Source: Actinomycetes bacterium (GTDB lineage Bacteria; Actinomycetota; Humimicrobiia; Humimicrobiales; Humimicrobiaceae). Taken from it: a DNA stretch of 64,000 nucleotides. Positions 54,579-64,000 of the stretch are shown here, in pieces. The notes beneath the pieces are model-generated. The model did no database searches. It saw only the letters and a list, made by a program, of their open reading frames with translations, and was not told the origin of the DNA. The translations under genes and the position numbers were made by a program. Location of the stretch: the NCBI GenBank assembly GCA_022396035.1, contig JAIOXO010000001.1, forward strand, positions 129,769 to 193,768, given 5' to 3'. The stretch's first letter is position 1. Each line of letters opens with the position of its first letter.

Positions 54579-55055
54579 CTACAACCTTATAATCCTTTCC
54601 GCTTCTTCTTCATCCACTTCGGTATCCACACATCCATCCTTGGTAAGGGGCATGGTGACTATCACCGGCAGCTTCCTTATCTTATACTGGCTGAGGGTAT
54701 CTGCTACCGCGCATACCCCTTCCTCCAGTTCCTTGTAGCAGGCAATGGCTACTATCCCCTTGGGCTTTTTTTTCTTTATATACTTTAAGGCCATGGACCC
54801 TCCCGGGGCAATGCATACCCCTTTATAGCCCAGCTCTTGGGCTAGTATCCTTAATCTTCCAATAGTGCACCGGTTGGGGCAGTCATCCCTGCATTCCAGT
54901 CCCTGTTTTCCCACCCTGGCCCCGCATAGCTGGGAGGGCCTCAAACAATGGGATATAAGCAGCACCCTGTCCCGGGGACTGATAGCGGCCAGGTTTTCTT
55001 CCTTATGGCTTCTGCCGGTTTTCATATCTTGTTTTTCCATATTATCCGCCCCCAT
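54579..55055 (-). CDS. DUF116-domain Cys-rich protein
   Basis: LLISHCLR, ECRDDCPNRCTIG, IAPGGS, AIACYKEL, DGCVDT. Confidence 0.8.
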   Translation of the reverse strand: MGADNMEKQDMKTGRSHKEENLAAISPRDRVLLISHCLRPSQLCGARVGKQGLECRDDCPNRCTIGRLRILAQELGYKGVCIAPGGSMALKYIKKKKPKGIVAIACYKELEEGVCAVADTLSQYKIRKLPVIVTMPLTKDGCVDTEVDEEEAERIIRL

Positions 55056-56968
55056 TACTTATTATTTTTTAATTTCCTGTACTCTGCCAGAGCCATAAGA
55101 GGAAAATAATCTTTATAGAGCTCATATTTTAAATAGAAAGCCCGGGGGAAACCTCCTCCGGTATAATATTTTTCACTCCAGCTGCCATCCTCATTCTGGG
55201 AAGATATAAGGTAATCTATACCCCTGTCCACCTGGCTGCATAAGCCCCTGGAGGCCATAAGGCCCAGCAGGGCCCAGGCAGTCTGGGAAGCAGTGCTCTT
55301 GCCCAGGGGCTGGTAACATCCGGCTTCATAAGACTGACAGCTTTCACCCCAGCCGCCGTCATCATTCTGTATCATGATAAACCAGTCGACAGCTTTTGCA
55401 ATATTTTTGGTTATGCTGCTGGTGTTATCCAGACCCAGAGCAGCAGTTGCCTGAAGCACCTTGCTGGAACCGTAAATATAATTTACGCCCCACCGGCCAT
55501 ACCAGCTTCCGTCTGGTTCCTGGGATCTCTTTAAATATCTTAAGGCCCGGGCTATGGGGCCGATTTCGCCGGTATAGCCCAGCCTGGCCAACACCCAGAG
55601 CACATGGGCAGTTATATCCGGACTGCCAAAATCAAGGGGGGTAATAAAATCGGCAAAAGGAATATCTCTCAAGATCCTCTTATTGTTGTCCCGGTCAAAA
55701 GCAGCCCAGCTCCCGTCCTTGTTCTGCATGTCCAGCACCCAGTCAATACCGCGGCTGACAGCCTGCTGTTTGTAGTCCGGATCTTTTCCAGACAGGCTTA
55801 AAGCCATGCTGACTATAGCGGTGTCGTCTATATCCGGGTAATACTTGTTTTCAAATTCAAAAGACCAGCAGCCAGGGCTGGTACGGGGATTATTCACCTT
55901 CCAGTCCCCTTCCTCGGTAACCTGCTTGGCCAACAGCCATTCTTCCGCCTTTAAAATCTGGGGGGCATCAGCATCTATGCCAGAATCCCTTAGACCAATA
56001 ACCGCCCAGGCGGTATCCCATACCGGCGAGGTGGCCGGCTGCAGTACAATATGCCTGGACCCCTCGGCAATAAAGTCATCCAGGCCCTTCAATCCTTTGG
56101 CCATAACCGGATGGCTGCTGCTGTATCCCTGTATGTTTAAAGCTATCAGTGAAAACAGCCACGGAAGCATTATTCCTCCCCAGCTGCCGTCATTCTCCTG
56201 GCGCTCTATAATCCATTTTTCCACCTTTTTTATGGCCGGCTGGCGGCCTATCTTGAATTTCTTGGGCAGCCGGTCCCATACTTTAAAGGCCCGGTTAAAC
56301 AACAAGAATAAATTACCCAGTGAATAAAGATGGGGACTGCTGTATGAATCAGGATTCTTAATCTTGTTCTTATCCCGGTACAGCTCAAAAACGGTCTGGC
56401 CTGGGGAAAGGCGGTGCACCGGTTTCTTGGCTATTATTATGGAAAAAGCCATAATGGTAGACCTGGTCCAGCTGGCAAAATCATATATATTTATGGGAAA
56501 CCACCGGGGAAGGTAAATTATCTCCGGGGGTATCTCCGGTATGGCCTTCCAGCTGTACTGGCCAAAAAGCGCCAGAATTATTTTGGTATAGGTGTTGGCG
56601 GCCTCTATGCCTCCCTGGTCCAGTATGAACTTCCTGGCCCTGGACATCTGTCCGTTATCCGGCTCCAGGCCCAAAAATTTAAGCCCGAAATAAGTCTGTA
56701 TGGTAACATCCAGGCTTCCCTTTCCCCCATAGAACATGCTCCAGGAACCGTCGCTGTTCTGATGATCTAAAAGATAGGCCAGAGCCTTCTTTTCCTTGCC
56801 CAGATTCTCTATTCCTAAAAACCTTATCAGAGGTATAAAACCGCTTACCACTGAAACGTCTGCCTCCAGCAGACCTATCCAGTATCCTTCCTCATCCTGG
56901 CGGGACAACAGGTAGCCCTGGGACCTCTCTATATGGTCTGATATCTTCTCGGTATCAAGGCCTAACAT
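55055..56968 (-). CDS. shc: Squalene-hopene cyclase
   Basis: Catalytic YPDIDDTA (DXDD), SPVWDTA, multiple QW motifs, WYGRWGVNY; RBS AGGAGG before ATG 56968. Confidence 0.96.
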   Translation of the reverse strand: MLGLDTEKISDHIERSQGYLLSRQDEEGYWIGLLEADVSVVSGFIPLIRFLGIENLGKEKKALAYLLDHQNSDGSWSMFYGGKGSLDVTIQTYFGLKFLGLEPDNGQMSRARKFILDQGGIEAANTYTKIILALFGQYSWKAIPEIPPEIIYLPRWFPINIYDFASWTRSTIMAFSIIIAKKPVHRLSPGQTVFELYRDKNKIKNPDSYSSPHLYSLGNLFLLFNRAFKVWDRLPKKFKIGRQPAIKKVEKWIIERQENDGSWGGIMLPWLFSLIALNIQGYSSSHPVMAKGLKGLDDFIAEGSRHIVLQPATSPVWDTAWAVIGLRDSGIDADAPQILKAEEWLLAKQVTEEGDWKVNNPRTSPGCWSFEFENKYYPDIDDTAIVSMALSLSGKDPDYKQQAVSRGIDWVLDMQNKDGSWAAFDRDNNKRILRDIPFADFITPLDFGSPDITAHVLWVLARLGYTGEIGPIARALRYLKRSQEPDGSWYGRWGVNYIYGSSKVLQATAALGLDNTSSITKNIAKAVDWFIMIQNDDGGWGESCQSYEAGCYQPLGKSTASQTAWALLGLMASRGLCSQVDRGIDYLISSQNEDGSWSEKYYTGGGFPRAFYLKYELYKDYFPLMALAEYRKLKNNK

Positions 56969-57947
56969 AGCCCTCCTCCTTAAACCAGTTAATGGATTTA
57001 ACAAAAGCCTGTTGCACCGGGCCCGGTTTCAGCCCCAGCTCTTCCCTGGCTTTACTGCAATCAAAGAACCTCTTTTTGGCAGCAGTTTTTACCGCAGCCA
57101 GAGGAATCTTTGGATGCCTTTTCAATATTTTGCCGCTTATAAACTGATCGGCACATGCCGCACCCATAGCCACCCAGAAAGGTATCTGGGTCTTTGGCGG
57201 CTTCCTGCCGGAAATAGCAGCCACTGTTTCCAGGATCTGTTTTAGGGTCATATTCTCATTTCCCAGTATATAACTCTGGCCGTACTTCCCCTGGTGGTAG
57301 GCCAGTACATGCCCGTAAGCCACATCCTCCACATCAATAACATTAAGACCGGTATTGACATAGGCGGGCATGCCCCCGTTTAAGAAATCAAGCACAATCT
57401 TACCGGTGGGGGTAGGCTTGATATCCCTGGCGCCTATGGGGGCAGTAGGGTTTACAATCACAATAGGCCAGCCCTGCTGGCATAATTTGGCCACTTCCAT
57501 CTCCGCCAGGACCTTGGATCTTTTGTAATGGCTGTACACATCCTGGGGCCGGTTAAGCCTGCCCTCTACTCCCAGGGACATATTTTTGTCTATGGCAATA
57601 GTAGACTCGCTGCTGGTATAAACAATTTTTTTAACCCCCGCCTGCAGGGCTGCTTCCATAATATTTTTAGTACCTTCCACATTAACCTGGTAGGGAAGCC
57701 TTGCATCCCTGCACCAGAAACTGTAGGAGGCGGCCACATGAAACAGCGCATCGCAGCCTTTAACCGCCTGAGCCAGAGACTGTTTATGGGTAAGGTCGCC
57801 ATAACACAATTCAACCTCAAGGTTCTCCAAATTACGCTGGCTGCTCTGCTGCCTGACCAGCACCCTTACCTCAAATCCCTCCTGTATCAGTTTTTCTGCC
57901 ACATGGCTGCCTATAAAACCGGTAGCCCCGGTAACCAGCGCCTTCAT
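56955..57947 (-). CDS. hpnA: Hopanoid-associated sugar epimerase (SDR)
   Basis: Start MKALVTGATGFIG at 57947; HYKRSK, DIKPTPTG, YVNTGLN. Confidence 0.88.
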   Translation of the reverse strand: MKALVTGATGFIGSHVAEKLIQEGFEVRVLVRQQSSQRNLENLEVELCYGDLTHKQSLAQAVKGCDALFHVAASYSFWCRDARLPYQVNVEGTKNIMEAALQAGVKKIVYTSSESTIAIDKNMSLGVEGRLNRPQDVYSHYKRSKVLAEMEVAKLCQQGWPIVIVNPTAPIGARDIKPTPTGKIVLDFLNGGMPAYVNTGLNVIDVEDVAYGHVLAYHQGKYGQSYILGNENMTLKQILETVAAISGRKPPKTQIPFWVAMGAACADQFISGKILKRHPKIPLAAVKTAAKKRFFDCSKAREELGLKPGPVQQAFVKSINWFKEEGYVRP

Positions 57948-57948
57948 A

Positions 57949-58953
57949 TTATTTTCTCCCGGTAAAATTCCATTTTGCCAGTTTGAGCATATCCGAAAAA
58001 TTCTTCTTGCCCAGAATGGAGCTGGCCTCATAACCGCTGTGCACCATACAGTGCTCGCATCGGGGATCCCTGCCTCTGCCATACCTGTCCCAGGGGGTTT
58101 GTTCTATAAGCTGGCGGTAACTGGGATAATGTTTGTCGGTTATAAGGTAGCAGGGACTCTTCCAGCCCCGGGGATTAACCGTGGGGTTAGCCCAGGGTAC
58201 ACAGTCCAGCTCCCTTTTGCCCTGGAGAAAATCCCAGTAGATGGGGGTATTGTATAATCTTATGGAATCAAGATTGCTGTATATGGCCTTAAACAGCCGG
58301 TAAGTTTTTTCCCGGGGTAAAAATATATCATCCTCCACTTCCTTATAACTGAAAGCGGGGGAAACCATTATCCCGTCTGTGCCTATTTCTTTCAGCTGCC
58401 TGAACAGACCGGTTATCTCTTCTATATTGCTCTGGTTGTACACGGTGGTATTGGTCCTTACCGCAAACCCCTGCTTCTTGGCCTTTTTTATGGCTGCTAC
58501 CGCCGTGTCAAAAACATTTATATTTCCCGCCATGTGGTTATGGGTCTGCTTGAGCCCGTCCAGATGTATTACCAGGCTCAACCCTGGATGGGGCTTTATT
58601 TCATCCAAAAAACCCTCCATCAGCAGTCCATTGCTGCACAGATACACGAAGTACCCTTCATCCAGCAAGCCTTCTACTATCTGTTTTATCTGTGGATGCA
58701 GCAGAGGCTCTCCCCCGGTTACCGATACAATAGGAGCGCCAGCCTGCCGGGCCGCATCCAGGCATTGTTCTGTATCCATGGTCTGGTCAAATATATCTTT
58801 GTACTCTTTAATCCTTCCGCAGCCCTTGCATTTTAAGTTACACTTAAACAATGGCTCCAGCATAAGCACAAAGGGAAATTTCTGGTTGCCCCGGGCCAGA
58901 TTTCTTCTTATATGTGAAACCAGCCGCATGGATAATCTGGCTGAATAAATCAA
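57949..58953 (-). CDS. hpnH: Adenosylhopane radical SAM transferase
   Basis: FPFVLMLEPLFKCNLKCKGCG, GGEPL, CVPWANP, DPRCEHCMVHSGYE. Confidence 0.93.
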   Translation of the reverse strand: MIYSARLSMRLVSHIRRNLARGNQKFPFVLMLEPLFKCNLKCKGCGRIKEYKDIFDQTMDTEQCLDAARQAGAPIVSVTGGEPLLHPQIKQIVEGLLDEGYFVYLCSNGLLMEGFLDEIKPHPGLSLVIHLDGLKQTHNHMAGNINVFDTAVAAIKKAKKQGFAVRTNTTVYNQSNIEEITGLFRQLKEIGTDGIMVSPAFSYKEVEDDIFLPREKTYRLFKAIYSNLDSIRLYNTPIYWDFLQGKRELDCVPWANPTVNPRGWKSPCYLITDKHYPSYRQLIEQTPWDRYGRGRDPRCEHCMVHSGYEASSILGKKNFSDMLKLAKWNFTGRK

Positions 58954-59984
58954 CTGGGAACCTCCTTGATCAGGTACTTAGTATTTTTAAGGCTCCAAAT
59001 ATCGGCTGCGCCTATGCCAAACATGGCAATCCTCAAGCCCATTTCTATCTCATGTATAAAGTTCAGGGCGCAATCTACTGAATCATTTACAGCCCTTAAC
59101 AGCGGCAGTCCTATACCCGCCACATCTGCACCCAGGGCAATGCATTTGGCCGCTTCCAGGCCATTCCTTATGCCTCCGGAGGCTATAAGGGGGATACTTT
59201 TTGAAGCCGTCCTCACTCTGATGATGGAATCGGCGGTGGGTATGCCCCAGCGGCTAAACTGTGAGGCTATCTTTTTCAAGACTTCATCCCTGCTTCTTAT
59301 TTTTTCTATTTTTACCCAGGAGGTGCCGCCGCTTCCTCCAACATCTATAGCGGCAACCCCGGCCTCTATCAGTTTTCCGGCCGCGGTTTCATCCATGCCA
59401 AATCCCACTTCCCGGACTATTACCGGAAAGTCGGCCTGTCGGCAAATCTGTCCAATCTTTTCTGCCAGCCGGCTAAAATCATGGTTGCCCTCATTCTGGA
59501 AAGCCTCCTGCATGCCATTTAAGTGCAGGCACAAACCGTCTGCTGCTATCATTTCCACTGCCTGTCGGCACTGGTCTATCCCATAGCCGTAGTTCAGCTG
59601 TACCGCTCCCAAATTGGCCAGCAGCAGAATATCCGGGGCCAGGTCCCTGACCTGGTAGGTCTCTGCCGGCATACCGTCCTCGATAGCTGTCCTCTGGGAA
59701 CCAACCCCCATAACTATGCCCGCCTTCTGGGCTACCCGGGCCAGGTTACGGTTTATCTCCCTGCTTTTCTCTATTCCCCCTACCAGGGGGGATATCATCA
59801 GCGGCAGTTTTAGTTTTCTGCCCAGAAAACTGGTACTGGCATCAATAGAGGCCAGATCAACCTGGGGCAGGGCCTGGTGGATAAACCGGTAACCGGATAA
59901 CCCATTGCTTCCCTGCCTGAGATTGTATTTGCTTCCCAGACTTATATTAAGATGCTCCAGTTTCCTGTCGCTGTTTGAAACCAT
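58950..59984 (-). CDS. fni: Type 2 isopentenyl-diphosphate isomerase (FMN-dependent)
   Basis: RKLEHL, GVGSQR, ANLGAVQ, HLN..QE, EVGFG, GGTSW, ASGGIR. Confidence 0.93.
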   Translation of the reverse strand: MVSNSDRKLEHLNISLGSKYNLRQGSNGLSGYRFIHQALPQVDLASIDASTSFLGRKLKLPLMISPLVGGIEKSREINRNLARVAQKAGIVMGVGSQRTAIEDGMPAETYQVRDLAPDILLLANLGAVQLNYGYGIDQCRQAVEMIAADGLCLHLNGMQEAFQNEGNHDFSRLAEKIGQICRQADFPVIVREVGFGMDETAAGKLIEAGVAAIDVGGSGGTSWVKIEKIRSRDEVLKKIASQFSRWGIPTADSIIRVRTASKSIPLIASGGIRNGLEAAKCIALGADVAGIGLPLLRAVNDSVDCALNFIHEIEMGLRIAMFGIGAADIWSLKNTKYLIKEVPS

Positions 59985-59985
59985 T

Positions 59986-61011
59986 TTAAAATTCTCTTTT
60001 TACCAAAAACTCTGAAATCTCCAGATAATCTTTTTTAGTGTCTCCGGCCAGGGGTATCTCCTCCAATGCCTGCTGGGACTTAAGATAATAGTAATCGGCC
60101 TGCTCCTGGCAGTACTGCCTGGCTCCTGCCTGTTCCAGATAGGAAAGTATAATCTGTTTATCTTTGGTTGAAATCTCATCCTGGTTATAAATATCGGTTA
60201 AACTCTTGCTTATTTTGGGTCCGGCATTTTCCATAAGATAGACCACAGGCATTGACTTTTTTTTCTTGAGTATATCGCTTCCGCTGCTTTTGCCGGTCTT
60301 TTTATCATTTCCCCAGATGCCCAGTATGTCGTCTTTTATCTGAAAGGCCAGGCCCAGATTTTTACCCAGCATGCCAAAGGCTTCAAGCTTTTCTCCCCGG
60401 GTATGCAGGCAGGCCCCCATCATCAGGCTGGCTTCAATTAAAGCAGCAGTCTTCTTTTCAATCATGTCCAGGTAGTCATCCAGGCTTATGGTTTTTTTCT
60501 GCTCAAAACTTATATCCAGATACTGGCCTTCAATCATTTTCAGGCATGCCCGGTCCATAATGGATGCAGCCTTCATCTGGCGCTGGCAGCTTATATGGTA
60601 ATTATTTAATTTGTGGACTGCCAGGCTGGCTACCATCCTCATAGCCGAGCCCGCATTTATGGCCTGGGGTTTTCCCCAGATACTCCATACTGTAGGCTTG
60701 TGCCTGCGCATTAAATCATTATCCTGGATGTCATCATGCACCAGGGAAAAATTATGTATGTATTCTATGGCTTCTGCCAGGGGCAGGGCAGGCTTAAAAT
60801 CCGAGCTTAAGCTTTCACTGGCCAGCAGGCACAGGGTAGCCCGGAGATACTTTCCTCCACTGGCTTCAATCTCTCTGCCCTCGCTGTCTACCCATCCCAT
60901 ATGGTATCTCAGCATGTCATAGAAAGGAAGCTGCCTGGGTTTAAGGCTGCTCTTAAGCTGCTCTTCTATATAGGGCTTGTAACGGTTAAAAATCCGGGGC
61001 AATTTATCCAT
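59986..61011 (-). CDS. Short-chain polyprenyl diphosphate synthase
   Basis: GGKYLR, FARM HNFSLVHDDIQD (aromatic residue five positions before it), GQYLD, KT, FQIKDDILG. Confidence 0.92.
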   Translation of the reverse strand: MDKLPRIFNRYKPYIEEQLKSSLKPRQLPFYDMLRYHMGWVDSEGREIEASGGKYLRATLCLLASESLSSDFKPALPLAEAIEYIHNFSLVHDDIQDNDLMRRHKPTVWSIWGKPQAINAGSAMRMVASLAVHKLNNYHISCQRQMKAASIMDRACLKMIEGQYLDISFEQKKTISLDDYLDMIEKKTAALIEASLMMGACLHTRGEKLEAFGMLGKNLGLAFQIKDDILGIWGNDKKTGKSSGSDILKKKKSMPVVYLMENAGPKISKSLTDIYNQDEISTKDKQIILSYLEQAGARQYCQEQADYYYLKSQQALEEIPLAGDTKKDYLEISEFLVKREF

Positions 61012-62320
61012 AGGTCTGTTCTTGCATTTTCCTTAATTTATAAAGCGGGGTATGCTCATCAATATTTACCATTTTTGAGGTAATGGGCTGTCCCTTGGCT
61101 ACGTCCACAGTAAGCTCTGCACCCTCCACCATTCCCAGAGGTATCAGATCCTGGCTCCTGGCCCTGTGGTATTCCTCTATGAGCCCGTAAACGGTATAAC
61201 CGCCTATGCTGTCAATAAACTCCCCTTTGGCCAGGTCCTTTTTGGCCACAGTTATCACCTGTGAACGGGGTGCACCCAGGGGGGTTATAGTTGGCTGCTG
61301 GTAAAAATAGGCCAGGGCTGCAGATAAGGGAACCTCCATGCTGGCCAGATGATAGGGCCGGTACAGAAGATAATTGGGCCCGTCGCCAAACAACAGGTAT
61401 TTAAGTTCATCTTTAAGTACCTGGTTGGTGGTGGTATATACCAGAAATACTCCCGGGGCCACATCCCCTATAGCAAAATCCACTGCCGGAACCCGGTTAA
61501 GTATTCCTCCCTGCTGCCGGGAAGCAAAAATTTTGGTCAGCTGGTCCACATTGGCCTGGGGGCCATGCATGCCCCTCACATCGGGCAGTATCCCGGTAGC
61601 ATTGGAAAAACAGGCCATCTCCTCCATGGATTTGGTACCGTCCACAAACGAGGTCATCATCCTGGGGTTGGCACCTTTCATTTTGCTGTAATCGGCCAGG
61701 GTAGTGGGATTGGCGCTGCGGTCCAGCGGATTGTTTTTACCCTTGCCTGCTGCCACCACTGTAAAACCCAGGGCGGTAGCAAAATCATAAAGTTCTTTTA
61801 AGGCTCCCGGCTCATCTCCGGCGCCGATAGTGTAAACCAAGCCTTTTTTGTTGGCCAGTTTCTTAATCATGGGCCCCACGGTTACGTCCGCTTCCACATT
61901 AAGGCTTACCATGTGTTTTTTGTTTTCTATGGCAGCCATGCTTATAGCTGCTCCTGCTTCGGGGCTCCCGGTAGCATCCATAACTATATCCACCTGGTCC
62001 AGCGAGGTCAGAAGCTCCAGGCTGTCAGTAAACACCATCCGGTTTTCTTTTGCTGCCAGTTCGGCCTGCGCTTTCATTTTATCCGGGGCCATACTGCCAG
62101 CACTTATTACTTCTGATTTGCCCTCGATCAGGTCATGCTGGCCCAGCCTCCGGGATATGGATTCTGCATGGCGGTTAGCTACCGCTACCACTTTCATCCC
62201 CTGCACATCTTTTATCTGGGAGAGCAGGCTTATGCCCATCTGGCCAATACCGGCCAGAGCTATATTTATGGACCGGCCCTGTTGCGCTAATTGGTTTAAT
62301 CTAGTGTTTATGCCCAGCAT
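61004..62320 (-). CDS. Homoserine-dehydrogenase-like NAD(P) oxidoreductase with C-terminal SAF domain
   Basis: GIGQMG, DATG, NVEADVTVGP, GDEPG, GKGKNNP, SFVDGTK, YRPYHL, AKKDLAKGE. Confidence 0.85.
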   Translation of the reverse strand: MLGINTRLNQLAQQGRSINIALAGIGQMGISLLSQIKDVQGMKVVAVANRHAESISRRLGQHDLIEGKSEVISAGSMAPDKMKAQAELAAKENRMVFTDSLELLTSLDQVDIVMDATGSPEAGAAISMAAIENKKHMVSLNVEADVTVGPMIKKLANKKGLVYTIGAGDEPGALKELYDFATALGFTVVAAGKGKNNPLDRSANPTTLADYSKMKGANPRMMTSFVDGTKSMEEMACFSNATGILPDVRGMHGPQANVDQLTKIFASRQQGGILNRVPAVDFAIGDVAPGVFLVYTTTNQVLKDELKYLLFGDGPNYLLYRPYHLASMEVPLSAALAYFYQQPTITPLGAPRSQVITVAKKDLAKGEFIDSIGGYTVYGLIEEYHRARSQDLIPLGMVEGAELTVDVAKGQPITSKMVNIDEHTPLYKLRKMQEQTYG

Positions 62321-62404
62321 TAACTACCGCCTTAAAATAAGTCAAAAGATAATTAAATACAATCTTAAGGTATGTATTAAAATAAAGCAAGAATTAAAAT
62401 GGTA

Positions 62405-62446
62405 AAAAATTATCCCAGCTGACTGGCAACTGGAATAATTTTTTTA
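62405..62446. terminator. Hairpin between the Phd-like gene and the hopanoid operon
   Basis: Imperfect inverted repeat AAAAATTAT-CCCAG ... CTGG-AATAATTTTT with A and T tracts on both sides. Confidence 0.55.
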
Positions 62447-62463
62447 CTTTTACTTAGAAGAAA

Positions 62464-62673
62464 TTAGTTGCCTTTTTCTCTCTCGGCAGCCTCAATCATT
62501 TTCTTGGCAATTCTAAGTTCAGTCTTTCTTCTTATGTCTTCAGTGTAAACTCTAAGTTCTGCCACCAATTTGTTGTATCTTGTAATATATATGGTATCCC
62601 CCAAGTTTTCCGTAAGGTACTTGGTTAAGTTTACCCGAAGCTCATTGGTGTCTATTCTTTTTATGTCACTCAT
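62464..62673 (-). CDS. Small Phd/YefM-like protein
   Basis: IDTNELRVNLTKYL ... TIYITRYNKLVAEL; RBS GGGGGTG. Confidence 0.65.
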   Translation of the reverse strand: MSDIKRIDTNELRVNLTKYLTENLGDTIYITRYNKLVAELRVYTEDIRRKTELRIAKKMIEAAEREKGN

Positions 62674-62834
62674 TAGTTCACCCCCAAAAAGCTTTTATAT
62701 TCTGTATTTTTCTAATTACTTTAATAACTAAATTATAAAGAAATAACCAGAACTTATCATATCATAATATATGATTAATATCTATAATAAAATTATAAAA
62801 TTTCTAATATTGTTTTTGTTAATAAATTCGGTAT

Positions 62835-63839
62835 TCAGATCCTCCGTCTTATAGCCAGACCATAAAAATATCCGCACAGTTTAGCCAAGTCTATATAGGC
62901 AAGAAGAAAAGGTAATAACATTATGGCTGCTGCCTTTTTACAGCACCGCCGGCCCTCAAATACATAGCCAACCCTAAAGAAAGCAGGCCGGGAGTAAACC
63001 AGCAATAACAGGGCCAGGGGAAGCAAAAACCACCAGCTTACCGTAAATATAAGGGTCAGGAAGGCTAGAAATACCGCTGCCGACCCTATCCTTAACCCAT
63101 GGCGGTAAGTATACATCCTCCCCAGGGCATCCCCCTTGGCATAGCGGAAAAACTGTTTAAATATGGAAGACAGGCTGGTTCTCATCAGCCAGCGGACCAC
63201 TGCCCGGGGCACAAATTTTATCCGGTAGCCCTGGTTTTTTAAAAAAAAGTTAAACTTCATGTCTTCCCCGAAATCCAGATTCTGGGGGTATCCGCCCACC
63301 CGCTCCCAGGCTGATTTATAGAAACATACATTACGGGAGGAGGGCATAAACCGGTCTTCTTTTACCTGGTGCGGCAGCACTACCACTGCTGAGGCCAGGC
63401 ACCTTTCCAGGAAACTGTTGGCCAGTGCTGCACTATAGCCGCCAGCTACAGTATCGGGCCCGGCATTTGAGGCCAGGGTACCCAGCCAGTCCCGGTCCAG
63501 GATGCAGCCGGCATCACTTACGCATATAACCTCTGACCTGGCAGCTTTAATAGCAATATTTCTTCCCCGGGATATTCCAGCTTCCTCCTGGATGATATTA
63601 ACCCTTACCGGCAGCGAAAAATCCCTAAAGCAGGATTTGATAATCTTAACCGTGCCGTCGGTAGAACCCCCGTCTACTATTACTATCTCTGCCGGCAGTA
63701 CCGACTGGCCGGCCAGGCTCTCCAGAAAGGGTCGGATGGTATCCGCTTCATTGTATACGGTAGCTATGAATGCTGTATTTTTTCTTATAGCCTTATTATT
63801 TATATCCATGGTTAAAATAATATTTAATTGCCCGGCCAA
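62835..63839 (-). CDS. Family 2 glycosyltransferase
   Basis: TVYNE, VDGGSTDGT, SDAG, VGGYP, GED, QFFRY, C-terminal TM segments. Confidence 0.88.
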   Translation of the reverse strand: MAGQLNIILTMDINNKAIRKNTAFIATVYNEADTIRPFLESLAGQSVLPAEIVIVDGGSTDGTVKIIKSCFRDFSLPVRVNIIQEEAGISRGRNIAIKAARSEVICVSDAGCILDRDWLGTLASNAGPDTVAGGYSAALANSFLERCLASAVVVLPHQVKEDRFMPSSRNVCFYKSAWERVGGYPQNLDFGEDMKFNFFLKNQGYRIKFVPRAVVRWLMRTSLSSIFKQFFRYAKGDALGRMYTYRHGLRIGSAAVFLAFLTLIFTVSWWFLLPLALLLLVYSRPAFFRVGYVFEGRRCCKKAAAIMLLPFLLAYIDLAKLCGYFYGLAIRRRI

Positions 63840-64000
63840 ACTGGGCAGCTGTTTGCGGTTTGCCGGTTAAAAAAGATAAAAATACGCGGTTCAGCATTCC
63901 CAGAAAGTACAGGCAGCTTACTGCCCTGCTGTAAGGCCGGCCGTAATTTTTGGTAAAATATATAACCCTGGATTTCCATACCTGGGACAGCCTTAAGGCC

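Noticed and set aside
57948-58082. N-terminal extension of hpnA in the ORF track (similar extensions for shc, ahcY and the LPXTG gene)
   Set aside because: These extensions overlap the upstream gene or leader; downstream ATG starts fit the family N-termini better.
33113-63870. Many plus-strand ORFs of 60-230 aa
   Set aside because: They lie antisense to well-supported minus-strand genes and show no motifs of their own.

Overview
Bacterial chromosome window with two parts. The right half (~33-64 kb, all minus strand) is mostly core genes: tmRNA (32845-33197), smpB, an S41 peptidase, an EnvC-like M23 protein, ftsX/ftsE, prfB with a +1 programmed frameshift, secA, hpf, a cold-shock protein, comF, GDP-mannose/GDP-deoxysugar genes, mtnA and ahcY. 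It also holds a tightly coupled hopanoid operon (SAF oxidoreductase, polyprenyl synthase, type 2 IDI, hpnH, hpnA, shc, DUF116, ispE, TetR) with no recognisable squalene synthase. The gene order resembles Actinomycetota, but the DNA is not GC-rich, so a deep-branching lineage is inferred and untested. The left half (1-32.8 kb) is accessory DNA downstream of the tmRNA 3' end. It contains three homologous tmRNA-end junctions and a tyrosine-integrase remnant, and two modules each built from a promoter, a c-di-GMP-II-like riboswitch and a surface-protein gene. It also has an EEP nuclease/PD-(D/E)xK nuclease pair, a copper/iron region where one CsoR-type operator recurs upstream of the copA operon, lgt and the pntAB transhydrogenase, and an Rrf2-led sulfur operon (metY, radical SAM, CBS, CGL, larE). 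Several decayed IS elements are present. All calls come from reading motifs by eye; no database searches were run.
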